DNA from: Eledone cirrhosa
Lineage: Eukaryota
Direction of reading: 5' to 3'
Assembly: GCA_964016885.1 (NCBI GenBank)
Contig: OZ024743.1
Location: 294,252,001-294,316,000, forward strand
Length of the DNA: 64,000 nucleotides
Below the pieces are notes generated by a model. The model searched no databases. It was not told where the DNA came from and saw only the letters and a list, made by a program, of their open reading frames with translations. How positions within the stretch are numbered: position 1 is the first letter of the stretch; every line of letters begins with the position of its first letter. This document shows positions 39,038 to 53,420 of this stretch, piece by piece. The position numbers and the translations under genes were made by a program.

Positions 39038-41256
39038 CAAAGTTCAGCGCGGATTGTAATAAAAGTATGTAATTGATCTACGACCATTTCGTGAGATTAA
39101 AAAGAATATTCTATTCTTGTTAGAATAAACACATCAGAATCGATTAAATACAAACAATATATACCTTACATAGCCAAGAACTCTGATGAAAGAGTGAAAA
39201 TGTAAACAGAAGCATTCATATATACATATATTTATGTGTGTGAGTGTGTGTGTTTATAGTTATAGTTCTAATTTCTTATGGGTATATAGATATACCCTTT
39301 TTACCCTTTACCCTTTATATCGATATACACGTCTACATTTATATTCTAATTGACTAATAAATTGAAAACGTAATGCTATTCATTAAAATAAAACAGCTGG
39401 GCGCTGTCAAAGAGAATAAAACAAATGATGATGATGATCATCATCATCATCATCATTATCATCATCATGCTGATTATGATAGTGCTGTTGTTGTTGGTGG
39501 TGGTGGGGGTGATGATGATGATGATGATCATGATCATGATAAACATGAAACAAACAAAAAAAGAAAAAAGTACGGACTCTGAAAACTTTTATCATAAGTG
39601 ACAAGAAAGCGTGTTTCTATTGTTAAATGAACGGCCAGAAATGATTATTGATCGAAATGAACGTTCTGATTTGATAATTCAGTTTGATGGTTACAAGTAA
39701 AAGTCGTTGGACTGGAAATTATAAAATTTTGTAGTGTTAGTTATGGTTGTAGTGTTAGTTATGATGCTGGATGTTGTTAAAAACATTCACGGTAAATGAA
39801 GGGAGGAGTATAATTAGTTGTTCCTCGTGTTATTTAGCCATAGGTAAGTGCCGGTCGAACAAAACTATGATTAAAAGCCGTAACCATTCTATATAATATG
39901 CCTTTGTCCTCTAGTCTGTTTTAGAAGACAGTAGATTTTGAAGCTTATCCGAGGAAGGAAGGTCAGAGCCCATGAAGCTTTATTTTCATAGACCTGCCGG
40001 ACTTGTGACAGGATTTGGTCTTCAAACTGAACGCCTGGCCCAAATGCTTTCAGCCAAGTAAACTTTGTGAAAAGTACCCAATGACCAGGTAAGGGTCTTG
40101 AAAAGGGAACAGATTTAATCTATCACCCACATTAAGTGTTTTGGTAGCTATTTTTCTATGCACAATAGAGTAATTAAGGAATATTTGAATGCTATTTTCG
40201 GCAGACTGTGGTACTATCTACAGCTCAGGGTCCACAAAGTTAGTTTTGGGTGTTAAAACATATCTATGCATTATTTTGTATTCTTTCTTCTCTAAGTATA
40301 ATAATTTCTTATTGTATAATTAAGCGGAAGGAGAGTAAGTGTAGTGGGGATGGCATGTCTGTGGGAAATATCCTTTAGATAAAAAAGATCCTTGCTTTTT
40401 AGAAACCACGGACTTAATAACTCCTTTGTTGTCTCTTTATTAGTTGCAGTCGCTTGTGTTGGTAACGGAAAGGGATTATTGCTGCCAAACAGACGCTGAC
40501 AGGAGTGTATGGTTAGGAAGTTTGCTTCCCAGTCATGAGGATCCGGGTTCAATTCCACAGCGTGGCAACTTGTGCTAGTACTAGTTACCATAAATTCAGG
40601 GTGACCCAAACCGTATGTTTAGTTTTAGCATGTATTTTCGCTTATAATTTACGTAAATGATACACATGACTGTGAAATGTTGAACCATTTACACCTTAAT
40701 TCATGATCTAGATGTAGGATCCATTATTGTTAATGTAGATTTCTTTGATGATTTTCTCTGAAACTGACACATTATTTTCATAGTTTGGATGTTGGTGATA
40801 GAAAGATGTCTCATAATATTCACCGAATTTATTTAGTGTAGCGCAGATGTTGAAAGAAGTCACATTCCCCGTCCGATTTATTTTGGCGTGTGTAAAAAAC
40901 GCTGGAAATTTCAAACTTTTCTTTTCAAATATATTCCTATTCAAATTGGCTGTGGCAAATGAATCGTCAAACAGACGGTTAATGAACAATTAACAAAAAA
41001 ATAATGTGATGCATGCATAATAGACGTGTGGTATTTCTTACTTGTAGACATACAGATTTATATACGTAAGCATATTCACATATACACATACATATTCACC
41101 ATATACACATACATACACACATGCATGCATACACATATACATACATATACCGCCAATTATATATATATATTTATATATATATATATATGTATGTATGTAT
41201 ATATATATAATATACACATATATATTTATGTATATATATATATATATATATGTATA

Positions 41257-41349
<93 letters not shown>

Positions 41350-43635
41350 GTGTATGTGTGTGTGTTTTCTGATATTCGGATTTGGCACCAACTACGTATT
41401 GTAAAGTGTGTCAAAAAAGTATGTTAAAGTATTTTGTACTGTTATACCAAGTGTGGTTTTGTGAACGATCTACGTTTTCTAGCATTTGGTATTTCCTTCA
41501 ACCAATAAATGATCCGTAAAACAAATATTTTGCTCTATTAAATGAAGTAGAGAAAAATATATTTTCTCTTCAAGATATTTATCAAACTCTTTTTACAACA
41601 AAACTATTGATTCGTTTTAATGTCAAACACACGTAACCATACGTACATACATTCATTCCTTCATACATATACATAAAGAGATACATACATACACATATAA
41701 ACAAATGCATAGAAGCATACAAACATATGTATGTATATATATATATATATATTCGGCTTGTTAATCAGATAATTATTTCTACCTTTGGCATAAGGCCAGC
41801 AATTACCAAGTGCATTACTGGTACTTTATTTTATCGACATCGTAAGGATGAAAGGCAAAGTTAGCCTCGACGGATAATGACTATTAGTTCCATTTTAACT
41901 GCCTCAAACCGGATACAACCTTCGACAAGTCATTATCTATACAACTTATTAATTCTGAAGGTCGATTTCAGTCTTCAGCTTCATGAATGGAATGGATTTC
42001 TATCGAATTAGGTGATAGTATTCCATCTGTTAGATGAATGGGAAATACTGACAATTCCCCACACTTTATGTACCCTTAAGTTAATTTTCTGGGTACTTCA
42101 TCGTGACAGTGCATGACATGTTTGATCCTTTGAACAATCCCCCCAACGGCTACCCGTCAACTTTATTTCTCAACCATTTGGTCATGAATACTCTATCAGA
42201 ACTGACTATAACAGCATGATTGCACACACCTAAGTTTTCTGCCATATAGAAATCTATAGCTCAGTCAATAATCCCCATTGCAAGGCTTGCGCCCAACCTC
42301 AAAGTTACCATACTGTCTTTATTTAGACAGCAGTGGAAGGGCAATGCCTATGACCATTTCAGAACCATTAAGACTAAGGATTTAAAAAGAGATTTCCTCC
42401 AACCGGAGAAGAATATCGTATACGAGTGTTTCACTGAGGAAGTTATTACTTAAAGCAATATGTTGTTAAATTGGTTGACCGATGAAATTTTATACTCAAA
42501 TAGGCTACGACGGGATTTGAACGAGAACGCAAAAAGACGGAACAAATATAGCCTTGTATCTGATACTGTAATGAGTTATCCAGTCTTCTGTTTAAGATTG
42601 GTTTTTCATTTAGCGACCCCCAAAAGGTGAAAGGTGACGTTGACTATGGTGGGACTTGAACTCGAAATCAGAAAAACCAGAGAGCATTTAGTCACGATCT
42701 TTAATGTCTTCCTTGACCACGTTGTCCTCGACAATCGCGGCTGGGAATCAATTACATTAACAGTACTACCTGAATCTTGAGTACTCACCACAACCATATC
42801 TGACTAACTTAAAACATAAAAATATATATATAAAAAAATCCTCACGATAAACGCAAGTTTATATCATTATGATGACTAATTGTGGGGTAAATACTCGGTG
42901 TTGTATATGTTACGGCTCTGTAAGTTCTGATCCTGCCGAAGTCACATTGTCAACAGCTTTGAGTCTATGGAATAAGTTATCAGTCAAGCACTGTGAACAG
43001 GTGGAATTGTTAACGCATCAGATGATATGCCTTCCGTTACTTGTTCCGGTTCTTTGCGTTTTGGGTTCAAATCCTGATGTGACCTACTTAGCTGGTAGAC
43101 TTAATATAGAGTCAGGTTTATCAGCGTCGTCTGGCTTTGGAGTTATTTTAGTAGAGGCTGCTGTAAACATTTAAAGGAGGTAACTAATTTGATAATATCT
43201 TATCCGCTTCCACCTGTATGTCTCAGAAGCCATAAAAAGTATTATGAGTTCTGCCATTAGCTTCTAAACTAAAATTTAAAAACAAAAATCTTTATTCAAT
43301 GGCGGTTGGATATTCATAGTTTCTATTCATATAGTAATTGGCAATGTATTGACCAAAAAGTAATTTATATGCAGAACACATTGATGATTAAAATACTAAT
43401 TTATATAAGCTCTAATTGCAGACAAAAACGTGCAGAAGTGGTACTTAAATACGTATTTATCGCTTGGTGGATGGAGGCAATATCGATTACATCGTTTCAC
43501 GATAGTGCTTATGACGTATAATATTAATTAAATTTAAACACTAATCAATAGTTTATAATTTATTTCAATTTGATCTCTATATTTAACATTGCAAAATCTA
43601 GAACTGTTCGCTCTCTCCCTCTTTACACACACACG

Positions 43636-43762
<127 letters not shown>

Positions 43763-44518
43763 AGATAAATATAGACATACATTCACACGCATACATACAA
43801 CTATTTGTTATATTATAGATATGACTGTTCAAATCTAGTTATATTTAACGATTTTTCACATTTCTTTATTAACTTTTAGGTTTAGTTTGTAGCAATAGCA
43901 TCCCTTAGTTTATTATAATTTATTAACACTTCAAGAACGTGACGGTCTTATCTTCTAAATGAAATGACAGTAGTGGTGGTTTGTTGCAGTGATTTGTTGA
44001 GATCAAGGTAATGTTGCAACTGATAAAATCATTGTTGCCGGATTTCAAAGTTTAAAATTATAATTCCCTGCTTATTTTCTATGTATATCTCATGTACACT
44101 GTATTGATTTTTGTTTGTATTATGTTATTAATTAAGCTTCAGTTGTTAATCTAGTAATTTCTAATTCGATTTTTCTATCAACAAATGTTTTTCTTTCTAG
44201 GTTTATTTTGTGTCCCATATACGGTATAAACTCTGAAACCTTAATGGACTTAAGCCGGTTATTGTTCTGAAGCAAAGAGGAAGGGCTGATGAGGAAATAT
44301 GAAAAAAAAAAAAAAAAAAATTAAGCCAGCTTAAATTCGTATCTGCAATATAATATGCTTGAAAATAAAAGTTGTTCCACACACCCACGCATAGCCACAT
44401 ACACACATACACATTTATATATATCATATTAAAAAAAAAATGTATATATATTTCAATAAATTACACACACACACACACACGCATGCACACACATATATAT
44501 ATATATGTATGTATGTAT

Positions 44519-45103
44519 GTCAGGTCACTCTTGAGTGCTACTGGTAACATGTAACCTAGTAAAACCTGTCGCATGGACGTGTCGTCAGGGACTAAACCGG
44601 CATCCCCACCAAGTTTACTTGGTGAAGAGGGTGATTTTGAACACCCTGCAGGATAAAGAACAAAACCTAACAAAGGGCGGAGAAGTTATAAGAGTCAACG
44701 GCCATCCAAAAGTGTGTAAATATGTATATAGACATGTACATATGTATGTAAATGCGCGGGAACATAGACATAGTCGGGCTGGACACCTGATCACACGGTT
44801 AAACCACTGGGAGTGACGGACTCCTAGCCTTTGTCAGGGCATTCTTCTAGGAGAAGGCAACTCAGGAAACTGGGATAACTCCGATATAAAACCTGCGGTT
44901 CAGTAGTTACCGATGATGTTGATCTTTTCTTCTTTTCGGGTTATAGCTACTGTCGCTCAGAGAGTGGGATTGGCTCAGTGCACAGTGTTTCCTCATTTAA
45001 AAAATATCTTCACGCACAGGCATTGCACGATAGAATTAATTAATAATTATTAATAATGGTATATCGTGCAATGGCCATACTCGATAACGAGGGGGCAGCC
45101 ATC
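44519..45103 (+). mobile_element. Divergent subfamily of the RTE-derived bipartite retroposon
   Basis: Same 5' (GTCAGGTCAC...GCTACTGGTAACATG), CTAGGAGAAGG motif and 3' GGCCATACTCGATAACGAG..GGCAGCCATC(ATGT)n. Confidence 0.75.
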
Positions 45104-45198
45104 ATGTATGTATGTCTGTATGTATGTATGTATGTATGTATGTATGTATGTATGTATGTATGTATGTATGTATGTATGTATGTATGTATGTTTGTATG

Positions 45199-45231
<33 letters not shown>

Positions 45232-46482
45232 GGAAATGTTCATGACCCCGACGGCAGAGCTCAAGCACTCTCGACGGCTATTTCTGGACTAAATTAGAAT
45301 TTTTAGCGCGGTAATAAATAGCCGAACTTTTCAAGGGGTAATTCCTCATATGGGAAGGTTGTAGTTGTCAAAAGGATTGGTCAAAATTTCTTGTAAACAC
45401 AATTAAATCTTTCATGATGGTGGGTGGAAAGTGGGGGTGGCTGAACTTGCCTGTAGAACAATGAGGGAGTGTGTGGAGCCGGTCAAGCGTTGAAAGTGAA
45501 TTCTAAGAAGTGTGGAAGAAATTAGGCTAGCTATAAAGCAGGCGAAAAAGTGTTCTGGAGGAATCTGAGAGTGGGAAGTTATAGAATTAAAAGGTTAATA
45601 AATTGAGATTAAAAAATAAAAAAAATAATAAATAATAATAATAATATTAAAAAATAAAATAATAATAAAAAAAAAAATAGAGTCTAAAGCAGCTGCTATA
45701 TTTTTAGCTGGTATTGCGTTTTCAGCCAGTGCTATATTGAATTTACTGGGTGGGGTTTCTGAGGCAACAGAAGCCCGATGGGTTGCCTCAGGATAGGCGA
45801 AAGAGGAAAAAGGAAAAGGGAGAGGAGAGGGAGTGGAAGGAAGTGTGAAGAAGAGATAAAGGGAAAAAAAGAAAAGAAGCACATCCCCTATCTTGTTCGG
45901 CAAGTGGAGAAATGAAGGATGTTTCAGCCATTGCTTACCCACCCGGGTCATGTTTGCGAAAAGATTGAGATGGAGAACATTCTTCTACGATAGATACCGC
46001 GAAAATCAGGAATTCGACACCAATGAGAGATTCGGATTCAATACCTAAAATCTCCCCCACCGAACCCTCTGCTCTCACCCTTTGAGAACGACCTCTTCTA
46101 CCTGGTCAAGGGTATAAAATTCAAACCCAGAGACAACCGATTCATACAACTCCGTAGCAAAATAACGGATTATGAAAGCACAAACGACATCCTAGTGCAT
46201 TCGGACACTCCACCGTCATGAAAGATTTAATTGTGTTTACAAGATATTTTGACCAATCCTTTTGACAACTACAATCTTCCCATATAAGGAATTACCCCTT
46301 GAAAAGTTCGGCTATTTATTACCACGCTAAAAATTCTAATTTAGTCCAGAAATAGCCCTCGAAACGGCTTGAGCTCTGCCGTCGGGGTCATGAACATTTT
46401 CCTATTACCCACTCTACTATCCTAAGTATTGAGTACTCTGCTGCGTTATGGTCCATATGGTTCCTTACCATACTTCCTTCGT
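45232..46482 (+). mobile_element. Internally deleted Naiad element (source of family E) with 5' inverted copy
   Basis: 45953-46207 translates FAKRLRWRTFFY..ERFGFNT..PFENDLFYLVKGIKFK..DILVHSD (Naiad RT N-terminus) and is fused to pLTR 46210-46482. 45232-45425 inverts 46210-46402. Confidence 0.85.
46294..46388 (+). ncRNA. Type I hammerhead with U3-A8 covariant core (family E)
   Basis: ACCCC TTGAAAA GTTCGGCTATTT...AAATAGCCCTC GAAA CGGC-ttgagctct-GCCG TC GGGGT; GUC site ends at 46383. Confidence 0.8.
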
Positions 46483-46501
46483 TATATATATATATATATA
46501 T

Positions 46502-46547
<46 letters not shown>

Positions 46548-46779
46548 CTTCACTCTTTCACTACTATATATATATCCCTTCGGAGAAAGCACGTGACTAC
46601 TAGCAGTGTTTACTACTAGTTCTTGCAACCGGCGGAGGCAGAGAGAAAACTCTGAAAAAAGTTGAAGAAAGTTGATTTGTTTGTCCATCCTTCTCTGCTA
46701 ATAACTTGCTTGTGACTGGGGAGGGTAGAAGCAGGAGAGGAGAGGAGAAGAAGAAGGAGGAGGAGGAGGAGGAGGCAGG

Positions 46780-47240
46780 AGATGGTTATTGTAGTTGCAG
46801 ACTGATACGTGGGACCTTTTGAATAGTGGATACAAGGTTTGGCTGGGATTGGTTTGAAAGGCTGGGTGACCTTAGAGTTGACCAGGGATGGGGGGGGGGG
46901 GACTTATAAAAATATCTATTTTGGTATTTTTTCTTAGAAGAAATCATCACCATTGACCTTGTTGTTTTGCCACAAAGAAGATTCGGAGTTATTGAAATAT
47001 TAATTCCATCCCTAGCAGGAATTTTAGATTTAGGGGAATGGAGAAAAATTATTTTTTCTTTGCTTCAAAGTGGGGTTCAGAGCCACTGGAATACCCATTC
47101 TATGTTCAGCACAAGCTTCCAGTTTCAGGGGAACGTAAAGCATTTAGTTTGATACCTGAATGTTTCGCTATCCGGCTGTGCCTGCTAGTTTAAGGTACTG
47201 GCATTTAACGTAGCAAGGAATATAGGGGTGATTTCGGCTG
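46780..47240 (-). mobile_element. Possible LINE APE endonuclease remnant
   Basis: Minus strand IFLATLNASTL resembles the APE N-terminal .T.N..TL motif; heavily degraded. Confidence 0.3.
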
Positions 47241-47289
47241 AATGCGTCAACACGCTGCTTGATTGTCTTCATGCTCCCCGTTGTTACCA

Positions 47290-48046
47290 GCATGACCCTC
47301 ACTGAACTATATTTCCCCCTCCAGTAAACATGCCCATCTCTTCTTTCTATGTAAGTCTGGGTGAAATGCTAGTGGCAAGTGTGTGGTTTTCAATAAGAGG
47401 TACGTTCCTGCACTATCTTTCGACTACGGAGCTAACGGAGAAAAGCTATTGTGGTGACTCACTGCTCTTGCTGAAGGCGAGACAGGCGCTCTTCTTGAGA
47501 CTGACCTGCTCGAATGGCTTTTTCATGAGTCCTCATCTGCTGAAGGCGAGACTGGCGCTCTTCTTGACGCTGGCCTGCTCGACTGCTCGACTGGTCAGCC
47601 TCAGAGTCTGAAGATGATCATGAACCTCGCCTTCAGCATCTCCTGAAGGCGACGCTCATGATCATCTTCAGACTCTGCTGCTCTAGTAACATTTTTTCTT
47701 CTGGAAAATCGGATCTTGCGGCCAGGCCGGGACGTTTTGGGTGGCATATCGGCAATAATTGTTTGAACAGGGTCATGTTTGCTCTTTATATAGGTGTTAT
47801 TCACGGGTGGGTGACGCATAGAAATCGAATAACCAATCAAGATATGAGGGGTCAATCATGACTGATAGTGATTGGCTTCAGTTAAAATGTGATTGCACGC
47901 GCGTGAGTCAAAAGGTCAAAGGGACATTGTGTTGTTTAGTGAGATTGATGTTGCTAATCTCTATGCCACCTAGATGGCAGGATGAGAAAGGCCAACTCCA
48001 TCGATTTCATTCAATAAATCCACCATTGGCGTGTTCTACGGCATCC
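47290..48046 (-). mobile_element. Probable Helitron-like 5' remnant with STPR-like 23-aa repeats
   Basis: Minus strand reads MPPKTSRPGRKIRFSRRKNVTRAAESEDDHERRLQEM, then QRQEERQSRLQQMRTHEKAIRAG-QSQEERLSRLQQ (period 23 aa). Confidence 0.5.
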
Positions 48047-48769
48047 ATATATATATATATATAGCTGACGTACCTAGCTTTCGTACAGTCAATGTAAACA
48101 AATCTCTGCGTAGTTAACGAAATAAATACAATGTTTGTTTATATTTTGTTTTTGTAGTTCTGTTTTCCGATGTATTGTGTATTTGTGTATGCAAAAATAT
48201 CTGTACACGAATATATAATTATATATATATAATTAATTAAAGTTGGTTAGAAGGGAAGTCAATGCATACAGGCAGGCATACAGACAGATATTATAAGCGC
48301 GCGAAGTTGAAGCTATGTATCTATACAGAGAGAACGTAAAATAGAGTGGGAGACAGATTTTATTATAAAAGTTATCCAAATTTGGCAGAGCACTCAGTTC
48401 GAAGGACTAGGTATATGAAAGTTCAAACGAATCACATATATCGAATACAGGTGTTTCACTGAGGAAGTTATTACATAAAATAGTTCTTCAGTTCACTATT
48501 TTTGTTGTGGGTGTGTGGATTGAAGTTCATCTAGAGAGCTCTTATAGAAGCGGGGCACATTTGGAGAGGTTTGATTATCAGTTAGATATTGTGCAAAATT
48601 AAAGGATCAAGTTTCAATGGTTGCGAAATTTATTATGTGAGCGAAAAGGATATAGCCGATTGTTTACTTAAAATGTTCCGTACGAGAGGTTGCGCTTTTG
48701 AGTGGTTCTTGGTGTGTTAGAAAAATATTATGAAATGTTTTACAATTTAGTATTAAAAATTATCATGCA

Positions 48770-49335
48770 ACAATTTCCCTTATTCTCCTAAATAAATCAT
48801 TATTAACGGCCTTGGAACTTACTCACATTACTAGATAAGAGACCGATATTATTTAGGCCGCTAGACGCAATATCATAGAATATCATGGTACCTTTTGGAC
48901 GAGGCAAAGCCGTCAAGCAATTTCGATATAATCATGGAATCGAGTGACTCTATCCAGATTACTGATCTTGTTGTGTATTTCTCCTTAATGAATAAAGAAG
49001 TGAATTCCCTTGCTCTGAAATGTTAATAATCCTTAGAAATCTAAATATTTTTTTATCTTGAGAGAGATAGAAAACACTTGTATAAATTCTTTAAAAACTC
49101 CAACTTAGCCATAGCTATCGAAACTAACACAAAGGTAGTTAATTTCTTGGATATCGCACTGGATTTGAATACTGAAATCTTTAGACCCTACTATAAACGT
49201 GGGTATTTTCTATATTACGTACCACCCATTTGATCCACCGATTCGAACCCTGCATCTATTATCAAATCTACTATTAACAACGTATCTGGTAGAATATCGA
49301 GACTTGCTGCTAACAAAGTAATGTTTGACCAAAAT
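48770..49335 (+). mobile_element. Degenerate Naiad RT fragment
   Basis: LLNKSL..DII*AARRNIIEYHGTFWTR; FDIIMESSDSIQITDLV; KVVNFLDIALDLNTEIFRPYYK; VSGRISRLAANKVMFDQ. Confidence 0.85.
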
Positions 49336-49354
49336 ACTATAAGGAAGATCCAGA

Positions 49355-49560
49355 CAATCGGTAGAGCGTCGGTGAAGATGCTTTACAGCATATAGTTACG
49401 TCCCTTTAAATTCTAATTTTAAATCCAGCTGTGGTTAGCTTTGCCTTTCATCCTAATGGGATCGATAAAATAAAGTATTAGTATCAGACCGGGGTCTATT
49501 TAATCGACTTTCCTCTCCTCCAAAATTGTTGGCTATGTGCTTAAATCAGAAACCAATATT
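49355..49560 (+). mobile_element. SINE family 1 (degenerate)
   Basis: TTTGCCTTTCATCCTAATGGGATCGATAAAATAAAGTA core. Confidence 0.7.
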
Positions 49561-50255
49561 AAATAATACTTATATAAGCGTATGTATGATTGAGTGATTA
49601 AAGGATTCGCTTCATAATCATGTATTTTGGGTTTCACTATGAATGTGTGGCAAATCGGGCGTGGTCTACTATAGGATCAGGTTGTTCAATATCACCTAAA
49701 TGAAATTTAGTAAACAAAAATTATGTTATGTGGAAGTTGTCGTATATATATATATATGAGTGTGGGCGTGGGTGTTTTATGTAGGTGGGTATAGGATTGT
49801 TTGTATGTGTGTGTGTATGTGTGTGTGTGTGTGAGTGTGTGTGTGTGGGTGTGTGTGTCTGTGCGTGCCTGTGTGTTTGTGTGTATTCGGGGGTTGTTTG
49901 TGTTTACGTTTACTGTCAACTAATGTTCAGTAATAAAGTAGTTCGACAAACAGATTTGTATAAAATAACTGGATGATTTTAAAATAAAAAAGTATTGGGG
50001 ATGAGCTGGTCAGGTATATCTTAGTTTCCTCAATATAGTTGCAATCTAATTACTGACAAATGTGAAAGAATAAAAGAATATATATTCAGTATCAATCATG
50101 ACACGTTCCTTTATCAAAAGGAAACAACATTTAGGATTATTTTACACAAATAAATATATCTTTTTCGTTCCCAAAATGTAGGAAAGACAAGCAAAATAAA
50201 GAAATAAAAAAGCAAAATTTAAAAGTAATTTAGAAATACACTAAATATTATTCAA

Positions 50256-50318
<63 letters not shown>

Positions 50319-50367
50319 ACGTATATATGTGTATATATATATATATATAAATGTGTGTGTGTGTGTG

Positions 50368-50449
<82 letters not shown>

Positions 50450-53420
50450 ATTATAAGGAAAGAATAGATATGTTTGTTGATAATAGATTTAATACAGAGA
50501 TTACAAAGAATCAAGATTCTTATCTGATAATCCGAGCACTAAATGCTTGGGGTCTTTCGGTTCGAAACTAAGTTATATGTAGGAATCATACAGATATATA
50601 TATGTGACTGTGTGTGTATGCATATATAGAGAGAAAGAGACCAAAATAGATAAGTATGTACGTACACGCACAGGCACGCGCGCGCGCACACACAAACACA
50701 CATACGTATATATATTAGGGTTGCACCGACTAATCGACAGAGAAACCGTTATTGACTATATCGGTCATTTTGCCAAAAAATAGGTTTTGATAGTCGCCTA
50801 TATTTGTTTTCTAATTATTATTGATGGGCACCTATTCTTCAGTAAAAGATCCATGGATGACCAAGATATCCGGGAAACCCATGGAACTCAATATGTAAAA
50901 ATACATAAGAAACATATTGGTTTCAATGACACACAGTATAAGCCAACCAGTATAATATAATTCAATTTCTAGTGCTCGACTCTGCTGATCTACAGATTGG
51001 ACGTTTTCGCTGATTGCCTAAAGGCATAATTCACTTTAGGTTAAAGTTTGTTAACGCAGCAAAGAGCATTCTACTCACCCGAGAGGATATATGTTTAATT
51101 GATGTTTAAAAATGGAATTTAAAAATTATAACCGTTCCGATAACATTACACCCAGTCTAAACATATTGCAGTTGAGGAGTAAATAAAACGGAAACCAATA
51201 TATAAGTACAGAATGTGGGACGTGTTATGTCAGAAAACAGCACAGCTCAATGGCGTAGGTCTGTTCAAAGCCGAAACCTCATAAAGCCGGTGCTTATCTC
51301 CGATCTCAATGGCGCTAAGCGACTGAGAGTACAAAACTCTCACTGGAGAGGACAGCAGTCTATCGCATAATAAAGGCACCGACCTTTGCTGGTACTCACT
51401 CTCAACTGAGTGTACTGGAGCAACCTGAAATAAAATGTTTTTCTCGAGAACACAACGCAGCAGCTTGTCCAGGAATCCTAATCATTAGGCTATGCGGCTT
51501 TACTTCAATGACGTTATTCAATGCAAATAAAAAGTAGAAATTAAGTTAAAATCGGCCTAATGTCGCCATCATATCATTCCAAATAAGAGAATTAGAATTG
51601 TGCTTAATTATGAAATATAATGAATTACCTGCAGTTAATAATAATACGTATTTTCATATCACAATACATAATTACATTATAGATAACTGATGTGTGTGTG
51701 TGGGGGTGCTTGGTAAACACATATATGTGCTGAGGGTGTTGCTGTACTCACAGCATATTTGTATATGTAAGTATGTGTGATGTATGTACAAGTAATTTGA
51801 AGTTTGTTTTCAATATTGTTATAATTAAGGACGACAGATTAGCAGAATCCTTAAAGCATCGCACAGCACTGCTCTGCAGGGTTATTTTTTGGCGGATCTT
51901 TAACTTTTTTGTTTAAAAACTGCTGGAGTGGATTTTGTCTTTCATCCTTTCGGTGTCGAGAAAATGAAGCACTAGGATCGATGTAATCGAATTGTGTTTG
52001 AATTAGAAACCAATAATGTCAAAATTAAAATCCTTAATACCAATATTAGATCAAAACATGTTTTGCACCATCATCTACACTTACCCAGATGTACATATTT
52101 ACACGCAACACTACACGCCCAGAGATTAACATATTCACACATACTCACAAAGAAATACAGTATATCTGATCATATATGAGTCAATTTGTGTAAATTAGAA
52201 TGCTATCTGTGCGTATATGTGTTTGTGTGTGTGTGTTTGTGTGTGTGCGTGTGTGTGTGTCGGTGTGTACGTGTCGGTGTGTGCGTGTGTGTGTCGGTGT
52301 ATGTGTGCTGAGATATTTCCTCATAGCCTACAGTCATGTCGTCTGCAATATTAATCCATCCAATGCCATGAGTATAAACGACAGCATGCTTTTGAATCCA
52401 TTGAACTCTGAAATGTCCTTCCTTTGTTTACTTTGTTTGATCGATATCACAAGCAGCAAAGGTATGTAAATATAAATAGTATCTAAGTTACAGCGCAGAA
52501 CAGAAATACAGGAAAACACACTATGAAAACAATTATATTCATTTTGTAATGTGATCGTCCCTGAGCAAATGACCGTAATAATTGTAGATGATTATACATA
52601 ACAGTCGGAAAAATTGGGTAAAATACCGATAGAAACAATAACAGTAAATATAGGCGCCCGCCAGTAATGAGCCCCTGATAACCAAACCCGTCTGCGTGGT
52701 TCGATTTCCCGTAGCCTTCCCGAAAGAAAGGAGTAAACAAAAATTGTTTGATTGTCTCTTTCAATCTATCTCTCTCGTCATCCATCTGTCTAACGCCTTT
52801 TACATTGTTGACCGACGAGACCATAAGGCAACATCCACCCGATATTTTGTATTTCAGAGAGAGGGTGTGAACGAACAAAAGTGTGATGACTATTCATTGA
52901 TTTGTGGTACAGTTATCGCTTGCAACTTTAGGCAGGTAATAACAAATTAAAATTATTGAATAGTCAAAGAATCCATAGACAGATACATTCCCACTTCATT
53001 GAAAATACCTCTATTTTTATGTCATGGTTTAATTTCATCCCGCACTTGTTGCCATATTATGACCTCTAGCAGCACCAAATATATTAGCGATGTACCACCA
53101 AATATACATCTTAGTTATAGCTATATATATATATAGAAAATGTCCGCTGTAGAAAACATTGAAAAAAACAATCAAACAGCCAAACGAAAATTTATAGCTA
53201 AAACATCTGTAAATTACTTCCTTCATCAACTATCTCCATACACAGCAACAATAGAAACAGCTTAATGTAATTGCATATTTATTATATATGACAAAATATA
53301 GTCGATATCCGAAACTAATTACAGCAATCCGCTATGATGCTGAAAAGTAAGCAATATAAAAGTCAATAGCAACAGTTGCAGCAGCAATAAGAAAAACAAC
53401 AGCAATAAAAACATTAATAA

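Noticed and set aside
40597-40990. Tc1/mariner-like remnant (CAGGGTGACCCAAA end; ORF 40708-40989)
   Set aside because: Only a vague resemblance; no second TIR or catalytic motif found.
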